Assembly: GCA_963742735.1 (NCBI GenBank)
Contig: CAVUMN010000004.1
Location: forward strand, 960,001-1,024,000
DNA length: 64,000 nt
Direction: 5' to 3'
Source of the DNA: an uncultured Actinomycetes bacterium
GTDB lineage: Bacteria; Actinomycetota; UBA4738; JBBDTT01
Positions 10,092-20,789 of this stretch are shown in pieces. Under the pieces are notes generated by a model. That model was given only the letters and a program-made list of their open reading frames with translations, did not search any database and was not told where the DNA came from. The translations under genes were made by a program, and so were the position numbers. How positions within the stretch are numbered: position 1 is the stretch's first letter; every line of letters starts with the position of its first letter.

Positions 10092-11683
10092 CCGAGCCTC
10101 GGACCCTGGTGGACCTGCTTCCCACCGCCGCGGATACCTTCTGGGCCGCCTTCCACGAGGGCAAGGAGACGGTGCGTCTGGGCGCGCCGGAGCTTCAGAC
10201 ACAGGCGGAGGAGCTCTCGGCGCGCCTGGTCCGCCACGGCGTTCGTCCCGGCGACCGAGTCGGACTCCTGGGCCCCAATCACCCGCGCTGGCTCGGGTCC
10301 GCCTTCGGCATCTGGCGAGCGGGTGCGGTGATGGTCTCGCTGCCCTATCCGCTGCGAGTCCGGAACGCCGAGACGTTCAGCTCGCAGGTCGGCACCCTCG
10401 CCGGGGCGGCGGGCTGCCGCGTGGTGCTGGCCGCTCCGGCCTTCCTTCCGGCGGTGCGGGAGGTCCCGGCGATCGACTGGAGCGAGGCCGCCGAGGACCC
10501 CGTCCCGTCCGCCACGGTGTCACCGGAGGCTCCGGCGTCGATCCAGTTCACCTCGGGCAGCACGGCGGCTCCCAAGGGTGCGCTGCTGAGCCACCAGGCG
10601 GTCCTGTCGGCCCTCGCCTCGCTCCGCGACGCGACGGACTACGCGCCGGGGGAGCAGATGCTGAGCTGGCAGCCGTTCTTCCACGACATGGGCTTCTACG
10701 GCCTCCCACTGCGGGCGGTGTTCGAGGGCTTCGGCATCGACCTCATGACGACGGAGGCGTTCGCCAAGGACCCCGCGTCCTGGTTCCGCCTGGCCGGCGA
10801 GCTGGGAAGCACCGTGATCGCGTCCCCCCCGTCCGCGTGGGCGGCAGCGATCGCCGCCGCCCGGCGAGTGCCGGACGGCGTGGACCTGTCCACGGTGCGG
10901 CGGGCGGCCTTCGGCGCCGAGGTGATCGACCCCTCGACCGTCGAGATGGTCGCCGGCTGGGGAGAGACGGTGGGCCTTCGCCGGGAGGCCTTGCAGGCCG
11001 CGTACGGGATGGCCGAGGCGACCATCGCCATGTCGATCACCCGCGACGACCAGGGGGTGCGCGTCCTCGCCCTCGACCGGGAAGCCCTCCTGAGGGGCGA
11101 TGCCCGACCGGGGACGGGTCGCTCGTCGAAGCGCGTGGTCTCGAACGGGCCGCCGCTGCCGGGGGTCGAGCTCCGCGTGGGGGACGTGCGGGCCAAGTTC
11201 GAGGAGGATCGTGTCGGCGAGGTCTTCATCCGAGGCGGGGGGCTCATGGACCGGTACGTCGGCCCCTCGGTGGAGGACCCGTTCGTGGACGGGTGGCTTC
11301 GTACAGGGGACGTGGGGTTCATCCACGACGGCGAGGTGTACATCACGGGCCGGTCGAAGGACGTCATCATCGTGTTCGGCCGGAACTACGCGCCGGAGGA
11401 CCTCGAGTGGGCCGCCGGATCCGTACCGGGCGTCCGCGCCGGGCGGGTGGTGGCGTTCTCGCCCTCCGACGCCGAGGGCGAGGTCATCGTGGCCGTCGAG
11501 CCCCGGGCGGGGGCGGATCCCAAGGAGCTTCCCGTGCTGGTCCGCCGGGCCGTGGCCAACGAGGTTGGGCTCACCCCCAGCCGGGTGCTCGTGCTCTCCC
11601 CGGACACGATCGAGAAGACCACCAGCGGCAAGCTTCGGCGGAGCGCCCTCCGCGAGGCGTTCGACCGGGGCGAGATCCCCTGA
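10088..11683 (+). CDS. Fatty acyl-AMP ligase-like adenylating enzyme 1
   Basis: QFTSGSTAAPKG, SWQPFFHDMG, YGMAEAT, LRTGDVGF, GRNYAPEDLE, KTTSGK. Confidence 0.9.
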   Translation: MTEPRTLVDLLPTAADTFWAAFHEGKETVRLGAPELQTQAEELSARLVRHGVRPGDRVGLLGPNHPRWLGSAFGIWRAGAVMVSLPYPLRVRNAETFSSQVGTLAGAAGCRVVLAAPAFLPAVREVPAIDWSEAAEDPVPSATVSPEAPASIQFTSGSTAAPKGALLSHQAVLSALASLRDATDYAPGEQMLSWQPFFHDMGFYGLPLRAVFEGFGIDLMTTEAFAKDPASWFRLAGELGSTVIASPPSAWAAAIAAARRVPDGVDLSTVRRAAFGAEVIDPSTVEMVAGWGETVGLRREALQAAYGMAEATIAMSITRDDQGVRVLALDREALLRGDARPGTGRSSKRVVSNGPPLPGVELRVGDVRAKFEEDRVGEVFIRGGGLMDRYVGPSVEDPFVDGWLRTGDVGFIHDGEVYITGRSKDVIIVFGRNYAPEDLEWAAGSVPGVRAGRVVAFSPSDAEGEVIVAVEPRAGADPKELPVLVRRAVANEVGLTPSRVLVLSPDTIEKTTSGKLRRSALREAFDRGEIP

Positions 11684-13274
11684 GCGCCCGTACGCTGCCG
11701 GCCGCGTTGCGGAGCGCCGGACCGGCGTTCGAGCTCCAGGTGGAACACGGCGCGGAGGTCGTGAGCCTCGACGCCGCCGGCCTGCTCGAGGAAGCCCTCG
11801 GGCTCGCCGCCGTCCTCGGCGAGCGAGGCGTCGGGCCGGGAGACCGGGTGGGGATTCTCGGACCGAACGATGCCCGATGGGTGGTGTCCGCCTGCGCGGT
11901 ATGGGAGCTCGGCGCCGTGGCCGTCCCGGTGGCGTATCCCGTGCGAGTGCGGAACCTGGAGGCCGTCCGCGGACAGGTACGGGCGCTGCTGAGCGCGGCG
12001 GAGTGCTCCGCGGTGCTCGTCGACCCAACGTTCGCCCGCCTGGTGACGGATGCGTTCCAGGTCGTCGACTGGAACCTCACCACGCCGGGCCCGGCCCCTG
12101 GTCACGTGGCCCGACCCGGCGACCCGGCGGTGCTCCAGTTCACCTCCGGGAGTACCTCGGCCCCGAAGGGAGCGCTCCTCAGCCACGGCGCGATCCTGAC
12201 GGCCATGCATTCGGTCCGCGAGGCCCAGCCGCTCGGGCCGGGGGCGCGGCTGTTCAGCTGGCAGCCGCTGTTTCACGACATGGGCCTGTTCATGTTCCCC
12301 CTTCGAGGCGTGGTCGAGGGCCTGCCGGTGCACCTGATGACCACGGAGGCATTCGCGAAGGACCCCCCCTCGTGGCTCAAGGGGGCGGCGCGGGTCGGGG
12401 CGACGGCGCTCGGGGCGCCGCCGTCGGCCCTGGCCGTCGCCATCAAAGGGCTCGAAGGATCCGGCGAGCATCCGGACCTCTCGGCGGTGGAGCAGACGAT
12501 CATCGCTGCGGAGATGGTCGATCCGAACGTCATCGATCGGACCGAGCGATGGGGCGCGGCGTCGGGCTACCGCCGCGAGGCCATGACGGTCTGCTACGGG
12601 CTGGCCGAGGCGGTCGCCCCCGTGACGATGCGCGTCGGGCCGCCTCGCATCCTCGACGTGGACGGCGAAGCCCTCGCGGCCGGGACCGCGGTCTCTCCGG
12701 GGGCCGGCACCCCGAAGCGGCTGGTCTCCGCCGGCGCCGCCATGCCGCGCATCGAGGTCCGCATCGGCGATCCCCGCGATCCGTTCGAGGAAGGCCGGGT
12801 GGGGGAGGTCCTGGTCACGGCGGAGAGCCTCATGGACCGCTACGTGGGGCCGGGGGAGGCCGAGGACCCTTCGACCATGGATGGCTGCGGACCGGCGACC
12901 TCGGCTTCCTCGATGAGGGCGAGCTCGTGATCACCGGCCGGTCCAAGGACCTGATCATCGTGTTCGGCCGGAACTACGCGCCGGAGGACCTGGAGTGGGC
13001 TGCAGCGACCGTTCCGGGTGTTCGGGCCGGGCGCGTCGTGGCGTTCTCGCCCTCCGAGGCCGAGGGCCAGGTCATCGTGGTCGTCGAGCCCCGGGCCGGC
13101 GCGGATCCCTCGGAGCTGCCCGTGCTGGTTCGGCGGGCGGTCGCCGATCAGGTGGGTCTGACCCCGAAGCGGGTCGTCCTCGTGGACCCCGACACCATCC
13201 CCAAGACCACGAGCGGCAAGCTTCGGCGCTCGGCGGTGCGCGACGCGTTCGACCGCGGTGAGCTGCCGGGCTGA
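11680..13274 (+). CDS. Fatty acyl-AMP ligase-like adenylating enzyme 2 (one frameshift near 12868, likely an assembly error)
   Basis: QFTSGSTSAPKG, SWQPLFHDMG and YGLAEA in one frame; LRTGDLGF..KTTSGK in the next; probable CTG start at 11680. Confidence 0.85.
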
Positions 13275-13352
13275 CCCCGGCACGGCGTGTCAGAGGCGGT
13301 CTCTACGCTGGATGCATGATCGGGCCCAGAAAGTGTGACAAGGGCGGGCGGG

Positions 13353-13460
13353 TTATCCCCACGCCGCCGGCCCATGCGGGGGACGGGTTCCGGGGGTTTT
13401 CCCCTTCCGTTCCACCCGTTGTCCCCCCGCGACGACCGGGTTATCTGCGTTGTAACGCAC
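13353..13460 (+). promoter_or_regulatory. Cluster of degenerate DnaA-box-like 9-mers upstream of dnaB
   Basis: TTATCCCCA (13353), TTTTCCCCT, TTGTCCCCC and TTATCTGCG versus consensus TT(A/G)TCCACA. Confidence 0.5.
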
Positions 13461-13527
13461 AGGCGCTCGGAACTAGCGTCTCGCGTTCGGGGAGTCCGCC
13501 CGAGCCAAGGGAACAGGAGGAGGTCTG

Positions 13528-14882
13528 ATGGCGCGCCCCGCAGAGCACCTTCAGCCCGCCCGGCCCGAACGGATCCCTCCGCACAACCTCGAGGCCGAGG
13601 AGTCCGTCCTCGGCTCGATGCTGCTGTCGGCCGAGGCGATCGGCAGCGTCACCGAGGTCCTGCGCCCCGAGGACTTCTACCGCTCGGCCAACGAGAAGAT
13701 CTACCGCGCCTGCCTGGACCTCTATGGGCGCGGCGAACCGGTCGACGCGATCACGGTGGTCGAGGAGCTCAAGCGGCGGGACCAGCTCGGCGACGTCGGC
13801 GGCCACCTGTACATCCACAACCTCGTCGAGTCCGTGCCCACCACGGCCAGCGCGGGCTTCTACGCGAAGATCGTCGCGGAGCACGCCCTCCTGCGCCGGC
13901 TGATCGACGCCGGCTCGAAGATCATCACCAAGGCCTACTCGATCCCCGAGGACCCCAAGCAGGCCGCCGACGAGGCGGAGGGTCTGGTCTACGCCGTGTC
14001 CCGCCACCGCGACCAGGAGGAGGTCGTCCCCCTCTCCACCCTGATCCACGACAGCATCGAGACCCTCGAGAAGCTCCACGAGCGCGAGAGCGCGTTCGCC
14101 GGCGTCGCCACCGGCTTCGCCGACCTGGATCAGATGACCTCGGGCCTGCAGCCCGGCAACCTGATCGTGGTCGCCGCCCGTCCCGGCGTCGGCAAGTCCT
14201 CGCTGGTGACGAACCTGGCGCGGAACGTGGCCGTGGACGCCGGGGTCCCGGTCGCGATGTTCTCCCTGGAGATGTCGCGCTGGGAGATCGGCATGCGCCT
14301 GCTGTGCGCCGAGGCCCGCGTGCCGTGGGACAAGATCCGTTCGGCCCGGGTGGGCCCGGAGGACTGGCACCACATCGTGGAGGGCGCCGAGGCGCTGCAC
14401 GAGGCGCCGCTGCACGTGATCGACGCCGGCAACGTGAACATCGTCGACATCCGCGCCAAGGCCCGGCGCCTGAAGGGCAAGGACAACCTCGGGCTGATCA
14501 TCGTCGACTACCTCCAGCTGATGTCCAGCCACACCCGTCAGCGAGAACCGCCAGACGGAGATCGCCGAGATCAGCCGCTCGCTGAAGCTGCTGGCCAAGG
14601 AGCTCGAGATCCCGGTCATCGCCGTCTCCCAGCTCAACCGCGACCCGGAGCGCCGCCAGGACAAGCGGCCCCAGCTCTCGGACCTGCGGGAGTCCGGGCG
14701 CCATCGAGCAGGACAGCGACGTGGTGATCTTCATCCACCGCGAGGACTCCGAGGACCCACAGACGAAGGGGACGGCCCGGCTGATCATCGCCAAGCACCG
14801 CAACGGGCCCACCGGCGAGGTCCAGCTCACCTTCCTCCCGCACCTCACCCAGTTCCGGAACTTCGCTCGCGTCTCGGGGTGA
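13528..14882 (+). CDS. dnaB: Replicative DNA helicase (two frameshifts near 14540 and 14697, likely assembly errors)
   Basis: [36 protein letters not shown]; then [15 protein letters not shown] and [17 protein letters not shown] in shifted frames. Confidence 0.95.
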
Positions 14883-15580
14883 GCGCCCCGCCTCCCGACC
14901 GCGCGTGGGTCCGAGACATCCTCCGGCGGCTTCGCCGGCGCTACGGCCCGCTCGACCCGCCGCCGGTCCGGGAGCCGCTCGACGAGCTGATCCTCACGGT
15001 CCTGTCCCAGAACACGAACGACACCAACCGGGACCGGGCCTGGGCGTCCATGCGCGCGCGCTACCCCCGCTGGGAGGACGTCGCCCGTGCGCGTGAGCGT
15101 GACCTGATCGCGGCGATCCGGGTCGGGGGGCTGGCCAACACGAAGGCCCCGCGCATCCGGGCGATCCTGCGCGAGATCCGCGAGCGTGAGGGCGGCTTCG
15201 ACCTCGCCTGGATGCACGAGGCCTCGGACGCCGACGTGTCCGCGTACCTGGCGAGCCTCCCGGGCGTGGGGCCGAAGACCATCGCGTGCGTCCTGGCCTT
15301 CTCGCTGGGCCGGCCGGCCCTGCCGGTCGACACCCACGTGCATCGGGCCGCGCTGCGACTCGGCCTGATCCCGCCGGGCCTCCCGGCCGGCCCGGCTCAC
15401 GCCGCCATCGAGGCGGTGGTCCGGCCGGGGGACCGGCTGGCGATGCACGTCGGCCTCATCCGGCTGGGCCGGGACGTCTGCCGGGCCGGCCGGCCTCGCT
15501 GCGAGGGCTGCGTCCTGGCCGAGGTCTGCCCCACCGCGCCGTCGATCCTGGGCTCGGAGACCCCCGCCGGGGCGCGATAG
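14879..15580 (+). CDS. Endonuclease III-family HhH-GPD glycosylase with 4Fe-4S
   Basis: [36 protein letters not shown]. Confidence 0.92.
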   Translation: MSAPPPDRAWVRDILRRLRRRYGPLDPPPVREPLDELILTVLSQNTNDTNRDRAWASMRARYPRWEDVARARERDLIAAIRVGGLANTKAPRIRAILREIREREGGFDLAWMHEASDADVSAYLASLPGVGPKTIACVLAFSLGRPALPVDTHVHRAALRLGLIPPGLPAGPAHAAIEAVVRPGDRLAMHVGLIRLGRDVCRAGRPRCEGCVLAEVCPTAPSILGSETPAGAR

Positions 15581-15593
15581 AATGAGGCCACTC

Positions 15594-15667
15594 GCGGGTG
15601 TGGTTCAATGGCAGAACGTAAGCTTCCCAAGCTTGAGACGGGGGTTCGATTCCCCTCACCCGCTCCA
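15594..15667 (+). tRNA. tRNA-Gly(CCC)
   Basis: GCGGGTG acceptor, TT-CCC-AA loop, GTTCGATTC T-arm, encoded CCA; TAGAAT -10 just upstream. Confidence 0.96.
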
Positions 15668-15721
15668 AACGCCCGGCCCCTTGGAGTACCCTTCGCCGCC
15701 AATGACCATCGGCGACCGCGC

Positions 15722-16303
15722 ATGATCCTGTCCGATCGCTCCATCCGCGAAGAGCTCGACGCCGGCCGGATCGAGATCGACCCGTTCGATCCGGCTGCAT
15801 CCAGCCCTCCTCCGTAGACCTGCACGTCGACACGACGTTTCGCACCTTCCACAACGCGCGCTACCCCTACATCGACGTACGCAAGGAGATGGGCGAGCTC
15901 ACCGAGCTGGTCGAGATCACCGGCGAGGATGAGGCGTTCATCCTGCACCCCGGCGAGTTCGTGCTGGGCTCCACGCTGGAGCGCGTCCGCCTCCCCGACG
16001 ACCTTGGTGGCCCGCCTCGAGGGGAAGTCCTCCCTCGGGCGTCTGGGCCTGCTCATCCACTCGACCGCCGGCTACGTCGATCCCGGGTGGGACGGCTACC
16101 TGACCCTGGAGCTGTCGAACGTGGCCAACCTGCCGATCACGATCTACCCGGGCATGAAGATCGGGCAGATCTCGTTCTTCCGACTGAGCACCGCGGCTGA
16201 GGCGCCGTACGGGTCTTCGGCCGCGGGGAGCAAGTACCAGGGTCAGCGCGGTCCCACCCCGAGCAAGTTCTTCGAGGAGTTCCGGCCCAAGGGCCAGGGC
16301 TGA
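15722..16303 (+). CDS. dcd: dCTP deaminase (two frameshifts, likely assembly errors)
   Basis: [54 protein letters not shown]. Confidence 0.93.
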
Positions 16304-16324
16304 GCTCAGCGGAGGCCGGGGGGC

Positions 16325-16987
16325 TCAGCCCTCCTTCAGCTTGAAGCTCTCCAGGACCAGCTGCGTGGGCCCCACGATCTCGTCGGGGTCGCCGTCCCTG
16401 GCGGCGAACAGCACGATCGAGTAGTTGGTGCTCTCGCCGACGTGGACGGTCACCGCGAGGAACCGGATGCCGGCACCCTGCTGGTTGGTCCCCGTCCCGT
16501 TTACGACCAGGGCCTCGTGGTCGGCGATGGTCTGGGTGTCGGGGCTGCCCGTCTCCACGCTCTCGTTGTTCTCCTCGATCTGGCCGACCAGGACCTCGGA
16601 GGCGTCGGCGAGGGTTCCCTCGGGTCCCACCCCGAACGACACCACGACCAAGCGGTCCGGATGCTTGATCGTCGTGCGCGTGTCGTCCTCGACCAGCTCC
16701 CAGCCCGTCGGGTAGTCGAAGGAGTACCCGGCGCGGGCGTTGGTGAAGTGCGCCGTCTCGATCTCGTCGGGCGTGGCCATCTCGGCGACCTTGTAGACGC
16801 CGATCCCCGCGCCGACCGTGACCGCCACCGCGACCACCGCCCGCAGGCTGGTCCAGACCGGCCCCCGGTCGCGGCGGGTCCGCCGCCGTTGTGGCCGGTG
16901 GCTGGGTGGACTCTGCGGTTCGCGTTGACGCGGCGGGCGGATGTGGTCACCCGGCCCGACGATCCATTCGTCGCCTCGAAGGCTCAC
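16325..16987 (-). CDS. Single-TM membrane protein with PsbP-like extracellular domain
   Basis: TM helix followed by GYSFDYPTGW...ESFK pattern. Confidence 0.6.
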   Translation of the reverse strand: MSLRGDEWIVGPGDHIRPPRQREPQSPPSHRPQRRRTRRDRGPVWTSLRAVVAVAVTVGAGIGVYKVAEMATPDEIETAHFTNARAGYSFDYPTGWELVEDDTRTTIKHPDRLVVVSFGVGPEGTLADASEVLVGQIEENNESVETGSPDTQTIADHEALVVNGTGTNQQGAGIRFLAVTVHVGESTNYSIVLFAARDGDPDEIVGPTQLVLESFKLKEG

Positions 16988-17002
16988 GGGCTCATTCTCC
17001 CG

Positions 17003-17037
17003 AAAAAAACGAGGGGCGGGCCGGAGCCCGCCCCTCG
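17003..17037 (-). terminator. Rho-independent terminator
   Basis: CGAGGGGCGGGC/GCCCGCCCCTCG stem followed by T7 on the minus strand. Confidence 0.9.
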
Positions 17038-17056
17038 ACTGCCTTGACGGATCGCG

Positions 17057-18403
17057 TTAGGCGATCGCCATCTCCCTCTTGCGGTCCCATGCGACCAGCC
17101 ACGCGCCCATGAGCATCAGGTTCAGCGCGATGGCCAACGGGATCACCGTGTCCAGACCGGTCACCGGAAGGCCTCCCGGAGGCTTCGGGATCGGCTGGCA
17201 CGTGCCGTCGGTCCCGAGCACCTGTCCGGGCGGGCACTGCGGCGCGCAGTCCGCGCGGGTCGCTCCGGGCGGACACGCCGGCCCGGTGTTCTCCGCGAGG
17301 GTCTCCGCGTCGGCCAGGTGGCCGCCGACCAGGTCGGCCCCGCCGACGACTCCGGCCAGCACCGCGATGTGCAGGGCCTCCTGACGCGAGGCGCCTCCGC
17401 CGGTGTAGACGAAGGACTCACCCTGGTTCAGGTAGACGCACAGCAACGCGGCGCCCGCCGGGCATCCCGGGGGAAGCGCGATCTCGGTCGGATCGGTGAT
17501 CGTGATCACCGGGGAGCCGGCCAGCTCCAGAGCCAGCAGGTAGGAGCTGCGCTCGGTCGTGCCGTCTCCGGTCTCGGAGTTGGCCTCGGAGTGGGACTCG
17601 GAGTGCAGCGCCGAGGCGCCGAGCCCCGAGCAGGTCCCCAACAGGGGATCCTCACCGGTCGGGCCCACGCAGACGTCGGCCAGGTCGGAGGCCTGGTCCG
17701 CCTCGGTGTTGCCGTTGGTGTTGTCCTGGGTGATGGAGGAGTGGTTCTCGCTCACTCCGGCCCCCACCAGCCCCGCGCAGTTCTCGGTCGGGGCTTCCTG
17801 GGTCCCGCCCACGCACGCGAAGGCGATGGCCTGGTCCGCGGTGGCCGAGGACTCGTCGTTGCCGACGGCCGAGGTGGTCTCGGCGAAGAGCAGGCCCACG
17901 CAGATCGCGCCCCCGGACTCCTCACACAGCACGCCGGGTGCGACCCCGCCGGAGGCCGTTCCGCCCTCACAGTCGACGGCCGGGCACTCCGAGTGGGCTC
18001 CGATGATCTCCGAGCCCAGCAGGGCGAGCACGACCACGTCGCCCGAGGCGGTGCCGTCGTCGCCGATCTCGGCGTTGTTCTGTCCCACGACGACCAGGCC
18101 CTCACCGGCCAGATCCAGATCGGCGAGCGAGCCGCCGGCGTGGTCGGGCTTGGTGGGGTTCTCCGTCTCGTGACCCTCGAGGTCCGAGTCATCCGTCGGG
18201 TCGTCGGGCGGCTCGGCGGGTGCGGCGCCGCCGGGCTGCTGCACGCTCGGCGTGTAGGCCTCGCCGCTCGAGCTGCCGCCGGTGCCGCTTCCGATGCCGA
18301 TGCCACCGACGCCGCCGGCGGCACTCGCGGCTCCCTGCCACACGAGCAAGGCCAGCATCAGGCCGGCCGCGATGATGGTGACCATCGTGCGTCCGTGCTT
18401 CAT
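17057..18403 (-). CDS. Secreted Cys-rich LPxTG cell-wall-anchored protein
   Basis: Signal peptide ending ASA-A, many paired Cys, LPVTG + hydrophobic helix + RKR tail; GGAGGT RBS before ATG 18403. Confidence 0.82.
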   Translation of the reverse strand: MKHGRTMVTIIAAGLMLALLVWQGAASAAGGVGGIGIGSGTGGSSSGEAYTPSVQQPGGAAPAEPPDDPTDDSDLEGHETENPTKPDHAGGSLADLDLAGEGLVVVGQNNAEIGDDGTASGDVVVLALLGSEIIGAHSECPAVDCEGGTASGGVAPGVLCEESGGAICVGLLFAETTSAVGNDESSATADQAIAFACVGGTQEAPTENCAGLVGAGVSENHSSITQDNTNGNTEADQASDLADVCVGPTGEDPLLGTCSGLGASALHSESHSEANSETGDGTTERSSYLLALELAGSPVITITDPTEIALPPGCPAGAALLCVYLNQGESFVYTGGGASRQEALHIAVLAGVVGGADLVGGHLADAETLAENTGPACPPGATRADCAPQCPPGQVLGTDGTCQPIPKPPGGLPVTGLDTVIPLAIALNLMLMGAWLVAWDRKREMAIA

Positions 18404-18673
18404 ACGCACCTCCTGCTTCCTAGGGCGCTCTGTCGTCTTCTCTCAGGCAGGAACGCGTCGTCGCTGGGGCGCGTCGACGGGCTCGAAGCCGCGAACCGGT
18501 CCTGCATGCCGATCCGATCTATGCCCGCGTCATCCTACCCAGAAACCAGCCCCGAGGGGAGTTGGGTCAACCACCTCGGAAGGATTTGTGCGCGCTTGTC
18601 CGACATGGGAATAGTCAATCGATGGCCCGAACGGCATGGTTAGGGAAGAAGGAACCCGTCCCAGGTCGGACGC

Positions 18674-20728
18674 TCAGGAACCGCTGGTGAGAGCGGCTTC
18701 CGGGGCCTCGTCGCTTGCTCCGGTGGCCCGGCCGCCGTTGGAGCTGAGGGACTCGGAAACCACCTGAACGATGTCCAAAACCCGGGTCGAAGAACCTTTT
18801 TGCTTCACGCCGTCGTCGAGCATGATCAGGCAGTAGGGGCACGCCACACCGATGGTGTCGGCACCCGTGGCCACGGCCTCGTCGGTGCGCTCCATGTTCA
18901 CGCGCTTGCCGATGCGCTCCTCCATCCACATGCGCGAGCCGCCCGCTCCGCAGCAGAACCCCCGCTCGCGGTGGCGGGTCATCTCCACGGTGCGCACGCC
19001 CGGGATCAGTTCGAGCACCCGCCGCGGCGCGTCGTACACATCGTTGTGCCGGCCCAGGTAGCAGGGGTCGTGATAGGTGAGAAGGGCCTCGTACTCGCCT
19101 CCGCCGGCCAGGCGCCCCTCCGCCATCAGGCGGGCCAGCAGCTGGCTGTGGTGGACGACCTCGTAGGTGCCGCCGAGGTCCGGGTACTCGTTGGCCAGGG
19201 TGTTGAAGCAGTGTGGGCAGTTCACGATGATCTTGCGGACCTTGGCGTCGCCGAGCGTCTCGATGTTCTGCTCCGCGAGCATCTGGAACAGGTACTCGTT
19301 GCCGATTCGCCGGGCCGGGTCGCCGTTGCACAGCTCGCGCGGGCCGAGGATGGCGAACGGGACCGCGGCCTTCTGCAGGACCTTCACCATGGCGACGGAG
19401 ATCTTCTTCGCGCGATCGTCGAACGAGCCGGCGCAGCCCACCCAGTAGAGGTACTCCGGAGCGGCATCGCCGGGTTCGAGGACCCGCACGCCGAGGTCCT
19501 TCGCCCAATCGGCGCGGGTCGACTGGGCCAGCGCCCACGGGTTGCTCGCGTTCTCGAGGTTGCGCAGCAGGGTCCCGGCCTCCGCGGGGAACCGTGACTC
19601 GGCCATCACCAGGTTCCGCCGCATGTCGACGATGTGGTCGATGTGCTCGATGTTCACCGGGCACTCCTGCATGCACGCGCCGCAGGTGGTGCAGTCCCAC
19701 ACGACCTCGTCCTCGACGACGTTCGGGTTCAGCGCGATCAGCTCGACCTCGCGGCCGTCGTCGCGGGCGTCCAGGATCTTCTGGCCCTCGTCGAAGATCT
19801 GGTCGCGCAGGTTCATGATCAGCAGCTTCGGCGAGAGCGGCTTCCCGGTGTTCCACGCGGGGCAGACGTTCTGACACCGCCCGCACTCGGTGCAGGTGTA
19901 GGTGTCCAGGATCTGCTTCCAGGTGAGCTGGGTGATGTCCGAGGCCCCGAGGCTCATGTCCTCGTCCATCGACTCCAGGTCGATCTTCATCGTGCGGAGC
20001 TTGCCCCGGGCCTTCGTGTTCGTGAAGAACACGTTGAGGGTCGACGTGATGATGTGCAGGTGCTTCGAGTACGGGATGTAGATCAGGAAGCTGACGATCA
20101 CGACGGCGTGGGCCCACAGGAACACGTTGCGGAAGACTTCCACGGTTCCCTCGGCCATCGGCTCGAACAGGTTGGCCAGCCCCCGTGAGACCGGGGTCCA
20201 CGCAGCGGGGGACTCGTTGACCCCGAGCGCGATCTTCGTCGCGTTCAGGAAGGCGAGGGTCAGGACCACGCCCATGATCATGATCAGGATGAAGTCGGCC
20301 TCTTCCAGGTGGCTGCCCTTGAAGCGGTCGGGGCGCTCGACCTTGCGGATGTAGAACGCCATCAGGATCCCGATGAGCACGAGCGTCATGAACACGTCCT
20401 GGATGAGCCCCAGCCACGCCGTGCGGCCCACGAGGGGGATGGCGAACGAGGGCTGCACGATCTCCCCGAACACCTCGACGAGCGTGGTGGCCAGGACGAG
20501 GAAGCCCCAGAAGATGAAGGCGTGCATGACACCGGGCTTCGCGCGCTGCAGGATCTTCTTCTGGGCGAGGGTGACGGTGGCCTCGAGCTCCAGCCGCTTG
20601 GGGATGTCGTCGAAGCGATTGACCTTCTGTCCCAGCAGCACCAGCCGGGTGAGCGTGTAGCCGCGCAGCAGGAACAGGCCACCGGCCGTGCCCAGGAGGA
20701 ACAGGAGGATCCCCGCTCGGATCAGCAC
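18674..20728 (-). CDS. Membrane Fe-S oxidoreductase (FadF/HdrD-like, CCG domains)
   Basis: TM region, [45 protein letters not shown]. Confidence 0.93.
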   Translation of the reverse strand: MLIRAGILLFLLGTAGGLFLLRGYTLTRLVLLGQKVNRFDDIPKRLELEATVTLAQKKILQRAKPGVMHAFIFWGFLVLATTLVEVFGEIVQPSFAIPLVGRTAWLGLIQDVFMTLVLIGILMAFYIRKVERPDRFKGSHLEEADFILIMIMGVVLTLAFLNATKIALGVNESPAAWTPVSRGLANLFEPMAEGTVEVFRNVFLWAHAVVIVSFLIYIPYSKHLHIITSTLNVFFTNTKARGKLRTMKIDLESMDEDMSLGASDITQLTWKQILDTYTCTECGRCQNVCPAWNTGKPLSPKLLIMNLRDQIFDEGQKILDARDDGREVELIALNPNVVEDEVVWDCTTCGACMQECPVNIEHIDHIVDMRRNLVMAESRFPAEAGTLLRNLENASNPWALAQSTRADWAKDLGVRVLEPGDAAPEYLYWVGCAGSFDDRAKKISVAMVKVLQKAAVPFAILGPRELCNGDPARRIGNEYLFQMLAEQNIETLGDAKVRKIIVNCPHCFNTLANEYPDLGGTYEVVHHSQLLARLMAEGRLAGGGEYEALLTYHDPCYLGRHNDVYDAPRRVLELIPGVRTVEMTRHRERGFCCGAGGSRMWMEERIGKRVNMERTDEAVATGADTIGVACPYCLIMLDDGVKQKGSSTRVLDIVQVVSESLSSNGGRATGASDEAPEAALTSGS

Positions 20729-20789
20729 GGGCGCGAGTCTAGGGGCCGCCCTCCGGGGCCCGCAAACGGCCCCGGCTCACGCGGACGGA

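Noticed and set aside
13528-14882. Intein in dnaB
   Set aside because: Gene length (about 450 codons) and contiguous motifs leave no room for one
13528-16303. Frameshifts in dnaB and dcd as pseudogenes or programmed frameshifting
   Set aside because: dnaB is essential, all motifs are intact on both sides, there are no slippery heptamers, and similar single indels recur across the window, which points to assembly error
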